Shown piece after piece: positions 47,184 to 55,111 of a DNA stretch of 56,221 nt (position 1 is its first letter; every line of letters starts with the position of its first letter). Source of the DNA: a virus (Duplodnaviria > Caudoviricetes); the IMG/VR virus record IMGVR_UViG_3300020045_002855, positions 1 through 56,221 of that record. One strand, written 5' to 3'. Both the position numbers and the translations under genes were made by a program. The notes beneath the pieces were generated by a model, which had not been told where the DNA came from, did not search any database, and saw nothing but the letters and a program-made list of their open reading frames with translations.

Positions 47184-47764
47184 GTTGACTCTCCGTAAAT
47201 CGCTTTCAACCGCAGGTATTCAAGTCTTTCTGCATCCATAACTGAGAAGAATTCGGTTGGACTTACGCCAAGTTTTTTGAGGGTTGACTCAATTTGAGCT
47301 TTGGTGTAAATCTGCTCTGACTCGGTTTGAGCTTTGGTGTAAATCTGCTCTGACTCGGTTTGAGCTTTGGTGTAAATCTGCTCTGATAAAACAAGGTCTT
47401 GCTGGTTGATTTCTCCTTCTAGGTATTCTCCGTAGATTGTGAAGCACTGATCATATGAAGTTCCGTTAACCGCACCCCTGAACGAGTATTTTACATCTTT
47501 ATCGAAACTTACGATCGTAACGGAGTCCCCTTGCCGATTTTTGTAGGTTTTGCCTACTTCAAACTTAGGTTTTGACATAATAAGATCTCCGCTACATGCC
47601 ACATCTTTTGACAATTTACCCTCTTCTGTGTAAATCTCGCGGTATTGGTTTTTGTCAGGCCTTGTTACAAGTCCCTCCACGGGGAAGGTTATTGTCCCAC
47701 CTTTACCAGTTATTACCACACGTTCTCCAACACCGTTTAGAAAAACTTGCCCTACTTCAATCAT
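47180..47764 (-). CDS. Hypothetical protein with two tandem small beta domains and 11-aa repeats
   Basis: EVG..(F/Y).N..G..V.I...G.....DL(I/V) occurs twice; SEQIYTKAQ(T/I)E three times. Confidence 0.65.
   Translation of the reverse strand: MIEVGQVFLNGVGERVVITGKGGTITFPVEGLVTRPDKNQYREIYTEEGKLSKDVACSGDLIMSKPKFEVGKTYKNRQGDSVTIVSFDKDVKYSFRGAVNGTSYDQCFTIYGEYLEGEINQQDLVLSEQIYTKAQTESEQIYTKAQTESEQIYTKAQIESTLKKLGVSPTEFFSVMDAERLEYLRLKAIYGEST
47285..47386. repeat. 33-bp tandem repeat, three copies
   Basis: TGACTCGGTTTGAGCTTTGGTGTAAATCTGCTC; contiguous and in frame. Confidence 0.95.
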
Positions 47765-47774
47765 GATTGATCCT

Positions 47775-48200
47775 TTACAAATTTTCTCTGAGAACTTTCT
47801 CAAATGTGCTTATGTCATCGAACTCCGTCAGACCTTGCTCTGATACGACTTTAACAACTTTAACAACTTGAGCAATCGAAAATTTCTGATTATCACGCTT
47901 CCACACTTCTAGTGTTACATCACCACCGGCGGATACGTACTGAATAAACGAATCTGCAGGTTCTATGACGTAATAGAGAAGGCTTACCATAAGCTCTTCG
48001 TCAAGCGTGCATTTCTGCGCGAGAATTTCAAGTGTGAATTTGAGAGGCTCGTCGTGTGTAACTGTTACCCAGCAGCATGCTTTCTTGCAAGTATCTTTGA
48101 GAAAGTCAAAATGCGACTTGACTTCTTCTTCTGTACCATTCTCTGTTGCACTAGCACCGTCAAACTCATAGATTAACGATTCTTGGATACGAAGTTTCAT
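47775..48200 (-). CDS. Hypothetical protein
   Basis: 141 aa; AAGGAG RBS. Confidence 0.6.
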   Translation of the reverse strand: MKLRIQESLIYEFDGASATENGTEEEVKSHFDFLKDTCKKACCWVTVTHDEPLKFTLEILAQKCTLDEELMVSLLYYVIEPADSFIQYVSAGGDVTLEVWKRDNQKFSIAQVVKVVKVVSEQGLTEFDDISTFEKVLRENL

Positions 48201-48207
48201 AAGGTTT

Positions 48208-48303
48208 CTCCTTTTCTAAGTTGGGGTAGCTTAGAAAAGGAGCCTCGCAGGGAGGGAATCAGCGGGGTCTAGACCGGCCATTGACTCAGGCGAGGCTCCT
48301 TTT
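48208..48303 (-). promoter_or_regulatory. Two-state RNA leader (alternative stems controlling an RBS)
   Basis: 14-bp inverted repeat 48235-48248/48290-48303 and 13-bp inverted repeat 48208-48220/48230-48242 share 48235-48242. Confidence 0.6.
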
Positions 48304-48345
48304 ACGTCGGTTTTATACTCTTTTTGGCAGGTGCCTAATGAGAGG

Positions 48346-48858
48346 TCACCGTCCGTCTACGTAAGCAACAAGTGCATCAATGTCAAGTTGTAGGGCGGCG
48401 ATGGCCTTAGTCAGTTTGACTGGTCGGTTTTCAATGGTCTTCCACATGGCCATGTCTTTTTCCAGTTTGGCAATCTTCTGGAAAATTTGGGTGTCGGTCA
48501 GAGTTGATGCGTCTTGACCGTCGATAAGGGTGATTTGTTCAATGTTTTTCATTGGGTGTTCCTCTGAGATGCTTGAGCGTGCTGGGAAAGCTGGATTAGC
48601 CGGTAGAATTTTCGGATTGATGTAGTAATCAGGCCTGTGGTAATCTTCCGATGTAGGCTCTGCCTCTACAATCAACTTTTCTGCGACAAGTTTTGCCTTT
48701 ACCCCTTCCGGGGGTCGTTCCAGGAACTCACAGATAGTCTCTATCTTGTCTCCAGCACAAAACATTCTGCGTAACTGTTCTTTCTCTTCCTCAGTCCAGA
48801 GCTTGCCTTTGTTTCTGAAAGTTTTGCTTGTGGCCCAGTAAGCGTTATAGGGTGTCAT
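48346..48858 (-). CDS. Protein with an N-terminal Myb/HTH-like motif and C-terminal coiled coil
   Basis: NKGKLWTEEEKEQL..MF..G..I..I...LER....V..KL. Confidence 0.6.
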   Translation of the reverse strand: MTPYNAYWATSKTFRNKGKLWTEEEKEQLRRMFCAGDKIETICEFLERPPEGVKAKLVAEKLIVEAEPTSEDYHRPDYYINPKILPANPAFPARSSISEEHPMKNIEQITLIDGQDASTLTDTQIFQKIAKLEKDMAMWKTIENRPVKLTKAIAALQLDIDALVAYVDGR

Positions 48859-49229
48859 TCCGGTACCTCCAGGCCATGCTCTGTAGCAAGTTTTGACATA
48901 GCAAGTTTGAACCTTTCTATGAAAAGTTCGTCACTAGGTGCTGGTGCATCGTGTATATACTGCATCTTGGCTAGAAGTGCTTTTGTAGATTTGTCTCCCA
49001 TGTCAATCCCCGCTTGAATCAAGGCGGGTTTAAGTGCTCCTGAACCGTAATCTACAGACTTCCCTTCCAACCTTCGATGGTAGGATTCATCCGGTAGTAA
49101 GTGTCCTACTGCACATTTACGTCCTTCTGGCCCACGGTACATGCAGTGGCCCAGCCCATCGGAGGACTGACCACCTTGGGCAATAACGCCCAGGTACGCT
49201 TGGTTGAACATCTCTTGCAATGTTTTCAT
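48855..49229 (-). CDS. Hypothetical protein (paralogue of 49567-49932)
   Basis: QEMFNQAYLGVIAQG..S...CMYR....KCAVGHLLPDE.Y...MQ..HD. Confidence 0.7.
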   Translation of the reverse strand: MKTLQEMFNQAYLGVIAQGGQSSDGLGHCMYRGPEGRKCAVGHLLPDESYHRRLEGKSVDYGSGALKPALIQAGIDMGDKSTKALLAKMQYIHDAPAPSDELFIERFKLAMSKLATEHGLEVPE

Positions 49230-49570
49230 TTGATTTCCTTTAACGTGGCGCTCTCTGAGTAGTAACCGTTAGATTCTCCAAACCAGCGAATATCTACCCA
49301 ACCTTTTACAGTAGCAAGTTTGTAGAAAGTCCATGTCTGAGAGGGGTCTTTTCCTCTCTCGGACTTTTTAAGCGACTCTTCCGCAACAAGGATTGGAGAG
49401 CCTACTAAGTCTTCTAGGTCACCTGTAATAGACTCTATATAGACCGTTTCGCAGCAATCCTGTGCATGGTACTGCTTGTAAGTCTTACCTTCTATGTCCG
49501 TAAAGAAGATTGCTGAACCTTCTTGTATGACGGATTTAAAGGTCTTGCCCTTTAAGTCTCCAAATTTCAT
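49226..49570 (-). CDS. Conserved phage protein
   Basis: YH.QDCCE.VYIE.I.GDL.DLVG.PIL.AEE...TWTFYKLAT.KG.V.IRW.GESNGYYSE. Confidence 0.75.
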   Translation of the reverse strand: MKFGDLKGKTFKSVIQEGSAIFFTDIEGKTYKQYHAQDCCETVYIESITGDLEDLVGSPILVAEESLKKSERGKDPSQTWTFYKLATVKGWVDIRWFGESNGYYSESATLKEIK

Positions 49571-49932
49571 ACTCCCTCCGGTATGGTCAGGTTATATCTA
49601 GTGGCAAGTATTTCCATCTTGGCTTTAAACTGGTCGATGAACGGATCACCTGAAAAGTCATGTGCATCTTGCAGGTCGGACAGAAACTCCAAGTGCTTTG
49701 CAGCATCTGGAAAACCGCCAGCTTCAAGTGCTTCGCCCATGGTGCCGCACTCTACATTGCAGGAGACACCGGCACCTTCAAAGTCTTCCTTGTAGTGCTC
49801 GTCTGGTATCAAGTGTCCTATCCCACATTTGGCGGTGCCGTCACGGTACAGACAGTTCTGGCCGTGGCCGCTCCTACGACCTTGCTGGATTACGCCTATA
49901 TAGGCTTTATTGAAAGCTTCTTGGTAGTTCAT
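49567..49932 (-). CDS. Hypothetical protein (paralogue of 48855-49229)
   Basis: QEAFNKAYIGVIQQG..S...CLYR....KCGIGHLIPDE.Y...LQ..HD. Confidence 0.7.
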   Translation of the reverse strand: MNYQEAFNKAYIGVIQQGRRSGHGQNCLYRDGTAKCGIGHLIPDEHYKEDFEGAGVSCNVECGTMGEALEAGGFPDAAKHLEFLSDLQDAHDFSGDPFIDQFKAKMEILATRYNLTIPEGV

Positions 49933-50261
49933 TCGTTTATTACCCACTTAAGACGTTCTACTGTTTCTGCTTTGTCGGTCGTCGTCTCTGGGAAGTCTGG
50001 GACCAGAGGAGCCCACTTCCCATCTGAAAACATCAAGGTGGTATTGAATAGAAATCGTGGCAGGTTAAAGCTGTCTGGGTGGCGTGGTGCTCCTGTTTCC
50101 TGTTCCGCAGTTACACCAAGTTCCTTGAAATGCTCTATGTAAGGTAGCCAACCAGCAAGGCAGTGTGCTTGTCCTACTGTGTAGTCCTTGAGATCTACGG
50201 AGTCTTCTGGCAGTTCCTGTATGAAATCAAGTGCTGCTTGTGCGTTTTCTTTGTAGTTCAT
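49929..50261 (-). CDS. Hypothetical protein
   Basis: AAGGAG RBS; AHCLAGWL motif. Confidence 0.6.
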   Translation of the reverse strand: MNYKENAQAALDFIQELPEDSVDLKDYTVGQAHCLAGWLPYIEHFKELGVTAEQETGAPRHPDSFNLPRFLFNTTLMFSDGKWAPLVPDFPETTTDKAETVERLKWVINE

Positions 50262-50276
50262 AGTTCTCCTTGTAGG

Positions 50277-51008
50277 TTAGAACCCAAACGGTAGATGGTC
50301 GTCATTAACAAGCTCTGGGATTGCTTCTTGCTTGACCTCTATCTTTGACCACAGCACGTAGCAATGCTCTTCATCCCCAGGCATGAAACGGAACTCAAGT
50401 TCCGCCACATTGGGGGTGTTCTCTGCCCATGCCACGATATAGCCTGGAGGCGGTGTCGTAGCTTCTCCGTTGAAGAATTTTTGATGCTCCTTGCGGATTT
50501 TTAGGTGTGGGCCTTCCGGCGTGGGGTTTGATGGCGGGGTGATAGGGGACTCAACCGACCTGCTGATACCCTCAGCAAGCTGCCCTTTAAACACCGCTCT
50601 GGCAAGTGTCCAGGGGTCTGGCGTAGGGTCTTTAAAGCCGAACCTTGTATCGCCCTCAAAGACTTTTGCTCCTATCTTCTCGTAGAAACTAAGAATTACT
50701 CCCGGTGCAGTTTTCACCCAATCAGAGAAGTTTGTATTCTCTACCAAGGCTAAAGGCGTATTGTCGTGCAGGATAATGATTCGTTTCTCGCCATGCCTTA
50801 TTGGTGCAGGCTTTGCCTTTACCGCCCGACAATTCGAGCAGCCAGCAGTGCCTTTAACCACTTGCTGGGCATTTCGTTCTGCTTTTGCCTCGCATTCAAT
50901 GCATGTTACGTGGAAAAAAGCCCCACCACTTGAGGTCTTTTTCTCGCTCAGGCTTTCGATGTACCATGTGCCAAGTGTTTGGCCCACAAAAGATTTAGCT
51001 GTTGCCAT
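50277..51008 (-). CDS. Hypothetical protein with an N-terminal zinc ribbon
   Basis: VGQTLGTW...CIEC...GCSNC resembles N-terminal domains of phage HNH proteins; acidic DDHLPFGF C-terminus. Confidence 0.6.
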   Translation of the reverse strand: MATAKSFVGQTLGTWYIESLSEKKTSSGGAFFHVTCIECEAKAERNAQQVVKGTAGCSNCRAVKAKPAPIRHGEKRIIILHDNTPLALVENTNFSDWVKTAPGVILSFYEKIGAKVFEGDTRFGFKDPTPDPWTLARAVFKGQLAEGISRSVESPITPPSNPTPEGPHLKIRKEHQKFFNGEATTPPPGYIVAWAENTPNVAELEFRFMPGDEEHCYVLWSKIEVKQEAIPELVNDDHLPFGF

Positions 51009-51012
51009 AGGT

Positions 51013-51681
51013 TTACCAAGGTTTTAAGTCTTCTGGTTCGTAAGGAACCACGCAATGTGCAAGTTCTCCGTAGATTGCTGTGGCTTCTGCCCTACGTGCT
51101 GCTTGCCGACCTTGCGCATAATCAAGGTCTCGTTTAATCATTGCATAGGCATAAGTATCACTATCCGACCAACCCTTGGCATCGTAGTGGCCAGATTCAA
51201 AGCGCTCTTTATAGAACTGAAAATCTTTTCTAAGGGCGACTTTTTCAGCGTATTCAATCTGCTGGAAATGCTTTCGAGTAGCCACAAGTGCCGCTGGATT
51301 CTCGTTGAAATGGCCTTTTTTGCGAAGGATTGGTAACAAGTCGTAACAAACCCAACGCTTGAATTTAAGGGCTGCTGCGGTTTTGGACTTCATAACAAGT
51401 TCGTATAGGCCACCTTCTGTCAAGGCGTTAACCTTTCTTGGGCCTGCTGCGGTTTGTACTGTGACGATGAGCATGGCAGCAGGATCAAGATTTCTTAGCG
51501 CATTAGCTACGCTGGCAATCTCAAGTGCCGCACATACGTCGTTAGCTACAAACAAGGCTTGGTCAGCTTGTAGGTGCATACGGATTTCGTGGCTCTCGAA
51601 CTTGAAAACTTCGATTCCTGGGTTCGGAATGGTCAGGTAGCCGGTTTCGGCGAGTTTAAGGGGAAGGGTTTTATCGGCCAT
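51013..51681 (-). CDS. BRO-N domain (antirepressor-like) protein
   Basis: F.FE...IR......FVANDVC.AL.I, LTEGGLYELV.KS....A.KFKRWV...LLP.LRK.G.F. Confidence 0.88.
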   Translation of the reverse strand: MADKTLPLKLAETGYLTIPNPGIEVFKFESHEIRMHLQADQALFVANDVCAALEIASVANALRNLDPAAMLIVTVQTAAGPRKVNALTEGGLYELVMKSKTAAALKFKRWVCYDLLPILRKKGHFNENPAALVATRKHFQQIEYAEKVALRKDFQFYKERFESGHYDAKGWSDSDTYAYAMIKRDLDYAQGRQAARRAEATAIYGELAHCVVPYEPEDLKPW

Positions 51682-51712
51682 TTGGAAGCTATCCGTTAAT
51701 TGAGAAGCTGCC

Positions 51713-51742
51713 AGTTTAAGGCAAATTTTGACTGCTATGCAA
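51713..51742 (-). promoter_or_regulatory. Sigma70-like promoter for the early - strand operon
   Basis: TTGCAT-N18-TAAACT about 30 nt upstream of the BRO gene. Confidence 0.55.
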
Positions 51743-51744
51743 GT

Positions 51745-52779
51745 ATTTTAAGGGGAGCCTCCTGTTATTTGCAGGGGGGTCAGAATTCTTGTAGGGATTG
51801 ATAACTGTTTTTGTTATTTCTCTGCAATGTTAGCCAAATATTACTTAGGCATTTTAAATTTCTTTGGTTTTAGACCTTGGATTTTGAATAGATTGGACAA
51901 GCTCTCCTATTCAAAATCCGGCTTTTTTAGCCGCCAGTATAAAAAATATGCATTTGTGGGGTGTTCTGAGCACCATAGGAATTTCCCTCTATTTTTTGTA
52001 AAAAAGCTTCCTTAGATGCTTTTTTAACTAGGACTAGCTAAATAGTAGCTTGTTAGATAGTCATTTTTAGCTGTATTGAATAGGAAGTTTCCGGTGTGAA
52101 ATATTAGATTTTTCTAAGGAGGTATCCGGCGTTTGCCTGTCTTCGCTTGCTCCTGTTTGTTTTTGGAGCGGGTTTGTTTGGTTCTTATGGTGTCTTGGTA
52201 GGTGCTTACATATATATTTTGATGTATATGTAATTTGTTGTTGTTTTACTGCCTAAAAGACTTGCTTTTCAGCCTTTTTATGGTATTTAAATCAGATCTA
52301 AAATCTAAAAGTCTAACATTTTATTAGATTTAGATTAGATTTTATATTAGAGGGGGGGGGTACCCCTTAACAAGAGGCGAGAAGAAATATTAGAAAAACC
52401 GTTTTTAAGGAATTTTCACGAGGCGTGACTTCTAATAATCCAAATAAAATATATATCAGTTCTTTTTTTATTAGTTTTAGATTAGGTTTCAGATTGTTAG
52501 AACTTGACTTTGCAGGAAGAACTTGTCGAAATTCAACCTGCAAAGACTTGTCTAAAGGCTTGCAAAGGCTTGTTTTGGGCCGTTTGAGCCCCTTAAATAC
52601 GAAACCCAAGCGAAGGTAGCCGGACAAGAAAAAACGGCTCAAAAGCCGTTTAATCCTCTTAATCATCTTCATTTAGTAAGGTTCAAACCTTACTTTTTGA
52701 TAGCCATTCTTATTTATTTTTCAAAATACCATATTTTGGCCTATATAAAGGACTTTTGTAACTGAATGTAACATCTATG
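51745..52779. other. About 1-kb AT-rich non-coding region (origin or DNA-transfer/packaging signal candidate)
   Basis: No credible ORF; TCTAA/TTAGA repeats in inverted orientation, G9 run, GGGGTACCCC palindrome, several hairpins. Confidence 0.55.
52626..52651 (-). terminator. Intrinsic terminator ending the right-hand gene cluster
   Basis: On the - strand AAACGGCT-tttg-AGCCGTTT followed by TTTCTT. Confidence 0.65.
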
Positions 52780-53004
52780 TCACACTAACTTTACGTGGTA
52801 AAAAGAACCTTGATACTCGCCAGCCGCAGTAGCAAAAGACAATCCGAACTTGATTTTCAGACTCTCTGCCGCTTGTAAGTGGTTTGCACCAATAGAAAGC
52901 GCATGGTCATACGGACTTGTATGACTCCCAAGCTCACATTTAGCCACCATTCGAGGGCCTTTTGTATTTGTAGGCCCTTTAAACAGGGTTTTGATGGCTG
53001 TCAT
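52780..53004 (-). CDS. Conserved small early phage protein
   Basis: AI.T...GPTN..G.R..A......T.PYDHALS...NH..AA..L motif; start overlaps the upstream TAA. Confidence 0.65.
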   Translation of the reverse strand: MTAIKTLFKGPTNTKGPRMVAKCELGSHTSPYDHALSIGANHLQAAESLKIKFGLSFATAAGEYQGSFYHVKLV

Positions 53005-53084
53005 TATTTCCAGCCCATAGAAACTTTCCATGCGGTGGCTGGATTCAAACCCAGACGGCGAAGGGCAAAGTAAACTTTTAACAT
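53004..53084 (-). CDS. 26-aa peptide (not in the ORF track)
   Basis: MLKVYFALRRLGLNPATAWKVSMGWK*; GGAGAATCAAATG leader; TAATG coupling to the next gene. Confidence 0.55.
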   Translation of the reverse strand: MLKVYFALRRLGLNPATAWKVSMGWK

Positions 53085-53108
53085 TTGATTCTCCAGAGAA
53101 GGCTACAA

Positions 53109-53154
53109 CAAGGCAGCAAAACGCCAAGGCAGCAAGGCAGCAAGGCAGCAAAAC
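53109..53154. repeat. CAAGGCAG 8-mer, four copies (three contiguous)
   Basis: caaggcagcaaaac gc caaggcag caaggcag caaggcag caaaac; intergenic. Confidence 0.85.
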
Positions 53155-53238
53155 ACTTGATAGCGCGCTTTTCCAAGCCGACTAATACGAAGCCTGCAGG
53201 AAAGCAGAAAGAGGCTCAAAAGCCCGAGAAACACTTGA

Positions 53239-53478
53239 TTACCGCAAAAGCTTTTCAAGTTCATTGGTAAGCGCCAAACGAAAAGCCTTCTGCGTTTTGC
53301 ATTCCTGCACATCCGATCGAATGCCGCAGCATTCCACCCGTTGGACCCACAAACCAAAAGCCTTACAGGCAACAGTGTGGATTTTTCCGCCGTGCGAAAC
53401 TTCAACGGTGCAGTTCCACCATGTATTTGTTTTGGCGTGAGCGATAACTGCGCTCACGTAAGTATCAATCGCGAACAT
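53239..53478 (-). CDS. Hypothetical protein
   Basis: 79-aa ORF, Cys/Trp-containing. Confidence 0.55.
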   Translation of the reverse strand: MFAIDTYVSAVIAHAKTNTWWNCTVEVSHGGKIHTVACKAFGLWVQRVECCGIRSDVQECKTQKAFRLALTNELEKLLR

Positions 53479-53611
53479 GGATTAACCTATGCAACAAACG
53501 AACTTTGTCACGGTAAATCTGGGCATTGCCGAGCAAACCTTGCCGGACCATCAGCAGAGCTTGACGGTATTCAACAATTGCGGCGGCTACGGCGGGATGG
53601 CATGGTTTCAT
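53465..53611 (-). CDS. 48-aa protein (not in the ORF track)
   Basis: MKPCHPAVAAAIVEYRQALLMVRQGLLGNAQIYRDKVRLLHRLIHVRD*; GGAGAATCAAAATG leader. Confidence 0.55.
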   Translation of the reverse strand: MKPCHPAVAAAIVEYRQALLMVRQGLLGNAQIYRDKVRLLHRLIHVRD

Positions 53612-53706
53612 TTTGATTCTCCAAAGAAGAGGCTTGAGGCTGCGCAGGTATCGGCGGAGCGGTTAGAAGCCCCCAAAACCCGATTACAAGCCTACTTAAC
53701 CCTATC

Positions 53707-53901
53707 TCAAACCTTTCTTAACAGGGAAGTACATACAAAGACCTTGTTAAAGTCTGCGTTATTGCCGCCATAGTGCAAGGGCAAAACAGCACCCTTGCCA
53801 TCTGTACGGTGGTTTCTATATGTGAATGTGCGAAAACCCTCAACTGTGTGGAAGAAACACACGTAAGAAAATTCTCCGGCGGCAATCATATTTTTATCCA
53901 A
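53707..53901 (-). CDS. Hypothetical protein
   Basis: 64-aa ORF; weak RBS. Confidence 0.35.
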   Translation of the reverse strand: MDKNMIAAGEFSYVCFFHTVEGFRTFTYRNHRTDGKGAVLPLHYGGNNADFNKVFVCTSLLRKV

Positions 53902-54037
53902 GTTAAACGCACGTCACAAAACCATTGCAGATTGTGACGTGCGAAATAGATAGGAGTGTAAGGGTTGATGGCATCAATCGTTTCAGATAACGCCATCAAC
54001 TGGACCTTGTTAATCAGGGTCCAGTTTAGGTGTGACA

Positions 54038-54667
54038 TTAAGCCGCCTCAGATTCCAGCGCCGCAAATTCAGCCGCAATCGCTGCATCCAAAGCATCGCC
54101 TTGCAAAGCCTCTACGGGGGCCGTGGCGCTACCGTTTTCGATAGCCAAGGGGTCGGCCTCAACTGCCTCAAAAGTCGTGGCTGCAGCCACTTTGGCATCG
54201 AACTCAGCAGCAGCTGCAGCCGCAGCAGCCGCCATGTTCATTTCCCCCACCAGGACGGCATGGTTCAAAGCATCCAGCAGAGCACGCTTTTCGCCCTTGA
54301 ATGGCGCAGGCAAGCCCTTCTTGTTGAGTGCCTTGTCTTTGGCATTCAGACCGGCAAACACACTTGACCATGCGGCGCGGTTTGTCATGTGTGGGTTAAC
54401 CACGCGGCCAGTGGTCAGGTCCATATCAATGGCCGGATGGGTCACGAAATCCGTGAAAAGGGCACCAAACACCGCCGCGCATTCGCGGGCCAGTGGGGCA
54501 AATTGCCCATTGCCCCACCACTTGACAGCGTGGGCATTGTTCACCTGTTGCCGAACGACCTTGTTAGAGGAGAGAGAACCCGCCATTTCTGTGCGTTGGG
54601 TTTCTACCCCCTTTTTCGATACCTGCACGATTACACAGGATGCATCAAACTTGGAGATATTAGACAT
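54038..54667 (-). CDS. Hypothetical protein with an acidic Ala-rich tail
   Basis: 209 aa; AAGGA RBS; flanked on both sides by hairpin chains. Confidence 0.75.
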   Translation of the reverse strand: MSNISKFDASCVIVQVSKKGVETQRTEMAGSLSSNKVVRQQVNNAHAVKWWGNGQFAPLARECAAVFGALFTDFVTHPAIDMDLTTGRVVNPHMTNRAAWSSVFAGLNAKDKALNKKGLPAPFKGEKRALLDALNHAVLVGEMNMAAAAAAAAAEFDAKVAAATTFEAVEADPLAIENGSATAPVEALQGDALDAAIAAEFAALESEAA

Positions 54668-54889
54668 GGTAAGTTCCTTTTAAGTTTGCGCCTAGATAGT
54701 GGCGCGGTATCAGTGCAAAACGCACTAAATAGGCTTAATGCCTATTTAGTAGGTTCTAATCGGGTAAGTGCTTCAAATATAGGGGCGCAAACCGGCCTAT
54801 GACAATCTGTTTAGCTAAAAACAGATTGGAGGCTGTAACCGTTATGCGGTTACAGTGGGCAGGGTTTAACCAGTATTCAAGGGAAAACA

Positions 54890-55111
54890 TCATTTAATTC
54901 CTGTAAGTGCGGCAGCAAGCATGCGACCCACCAACTGTCCAATCTGGGCAGTTGGAGACTTGTCGCCATCGTTATTGCGGGCGAACGATGGCCCAAACGT
55001 TGCCAGCGCTTCGGCAGCGACGGCAACGCGGGCGGCAGGGGAGCTGGCCAACTCCCATTTTTGGGCCAGTCCTGCCAGCAGGTGCTGGCCAAGCGCGGTA
55101 TCGGGGCTCAT
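54890..55111 (-). CDS. Hypothetical protein
   Basis: 73 aa; ATGA-coupled to the upstream gene. Confidence 0.5.
   Translation of the reverse strand: MSPDTALGQHLLAGLAQKWELASSPAARVAVAAEALATFGPSFARNNDGDKSPTAQIGQLVGRMLAAALTGIK

Noticed and set aside
47285-47386. 33-bp repeats as a CRISPR array
   Set aside because: Copies are contiguous with no spacers, lie in frame inside a CDS, and no cas genes are present
51013-51681. Lysogeny module implied by the BRO antirepressor-like gene
   Set aside because: No integrase, CI/Cro pair or partition genes in the window; BRO-N genes also occur in lytic phages
51827-52672. ORFs 51827-52015, 52367-52672 and 52425-52619 as real genes
   Set aside because: Low-complexity Phe/Leu/Lys translations of AT-rich repeat DNA, with no RBS and overlapping a terminator
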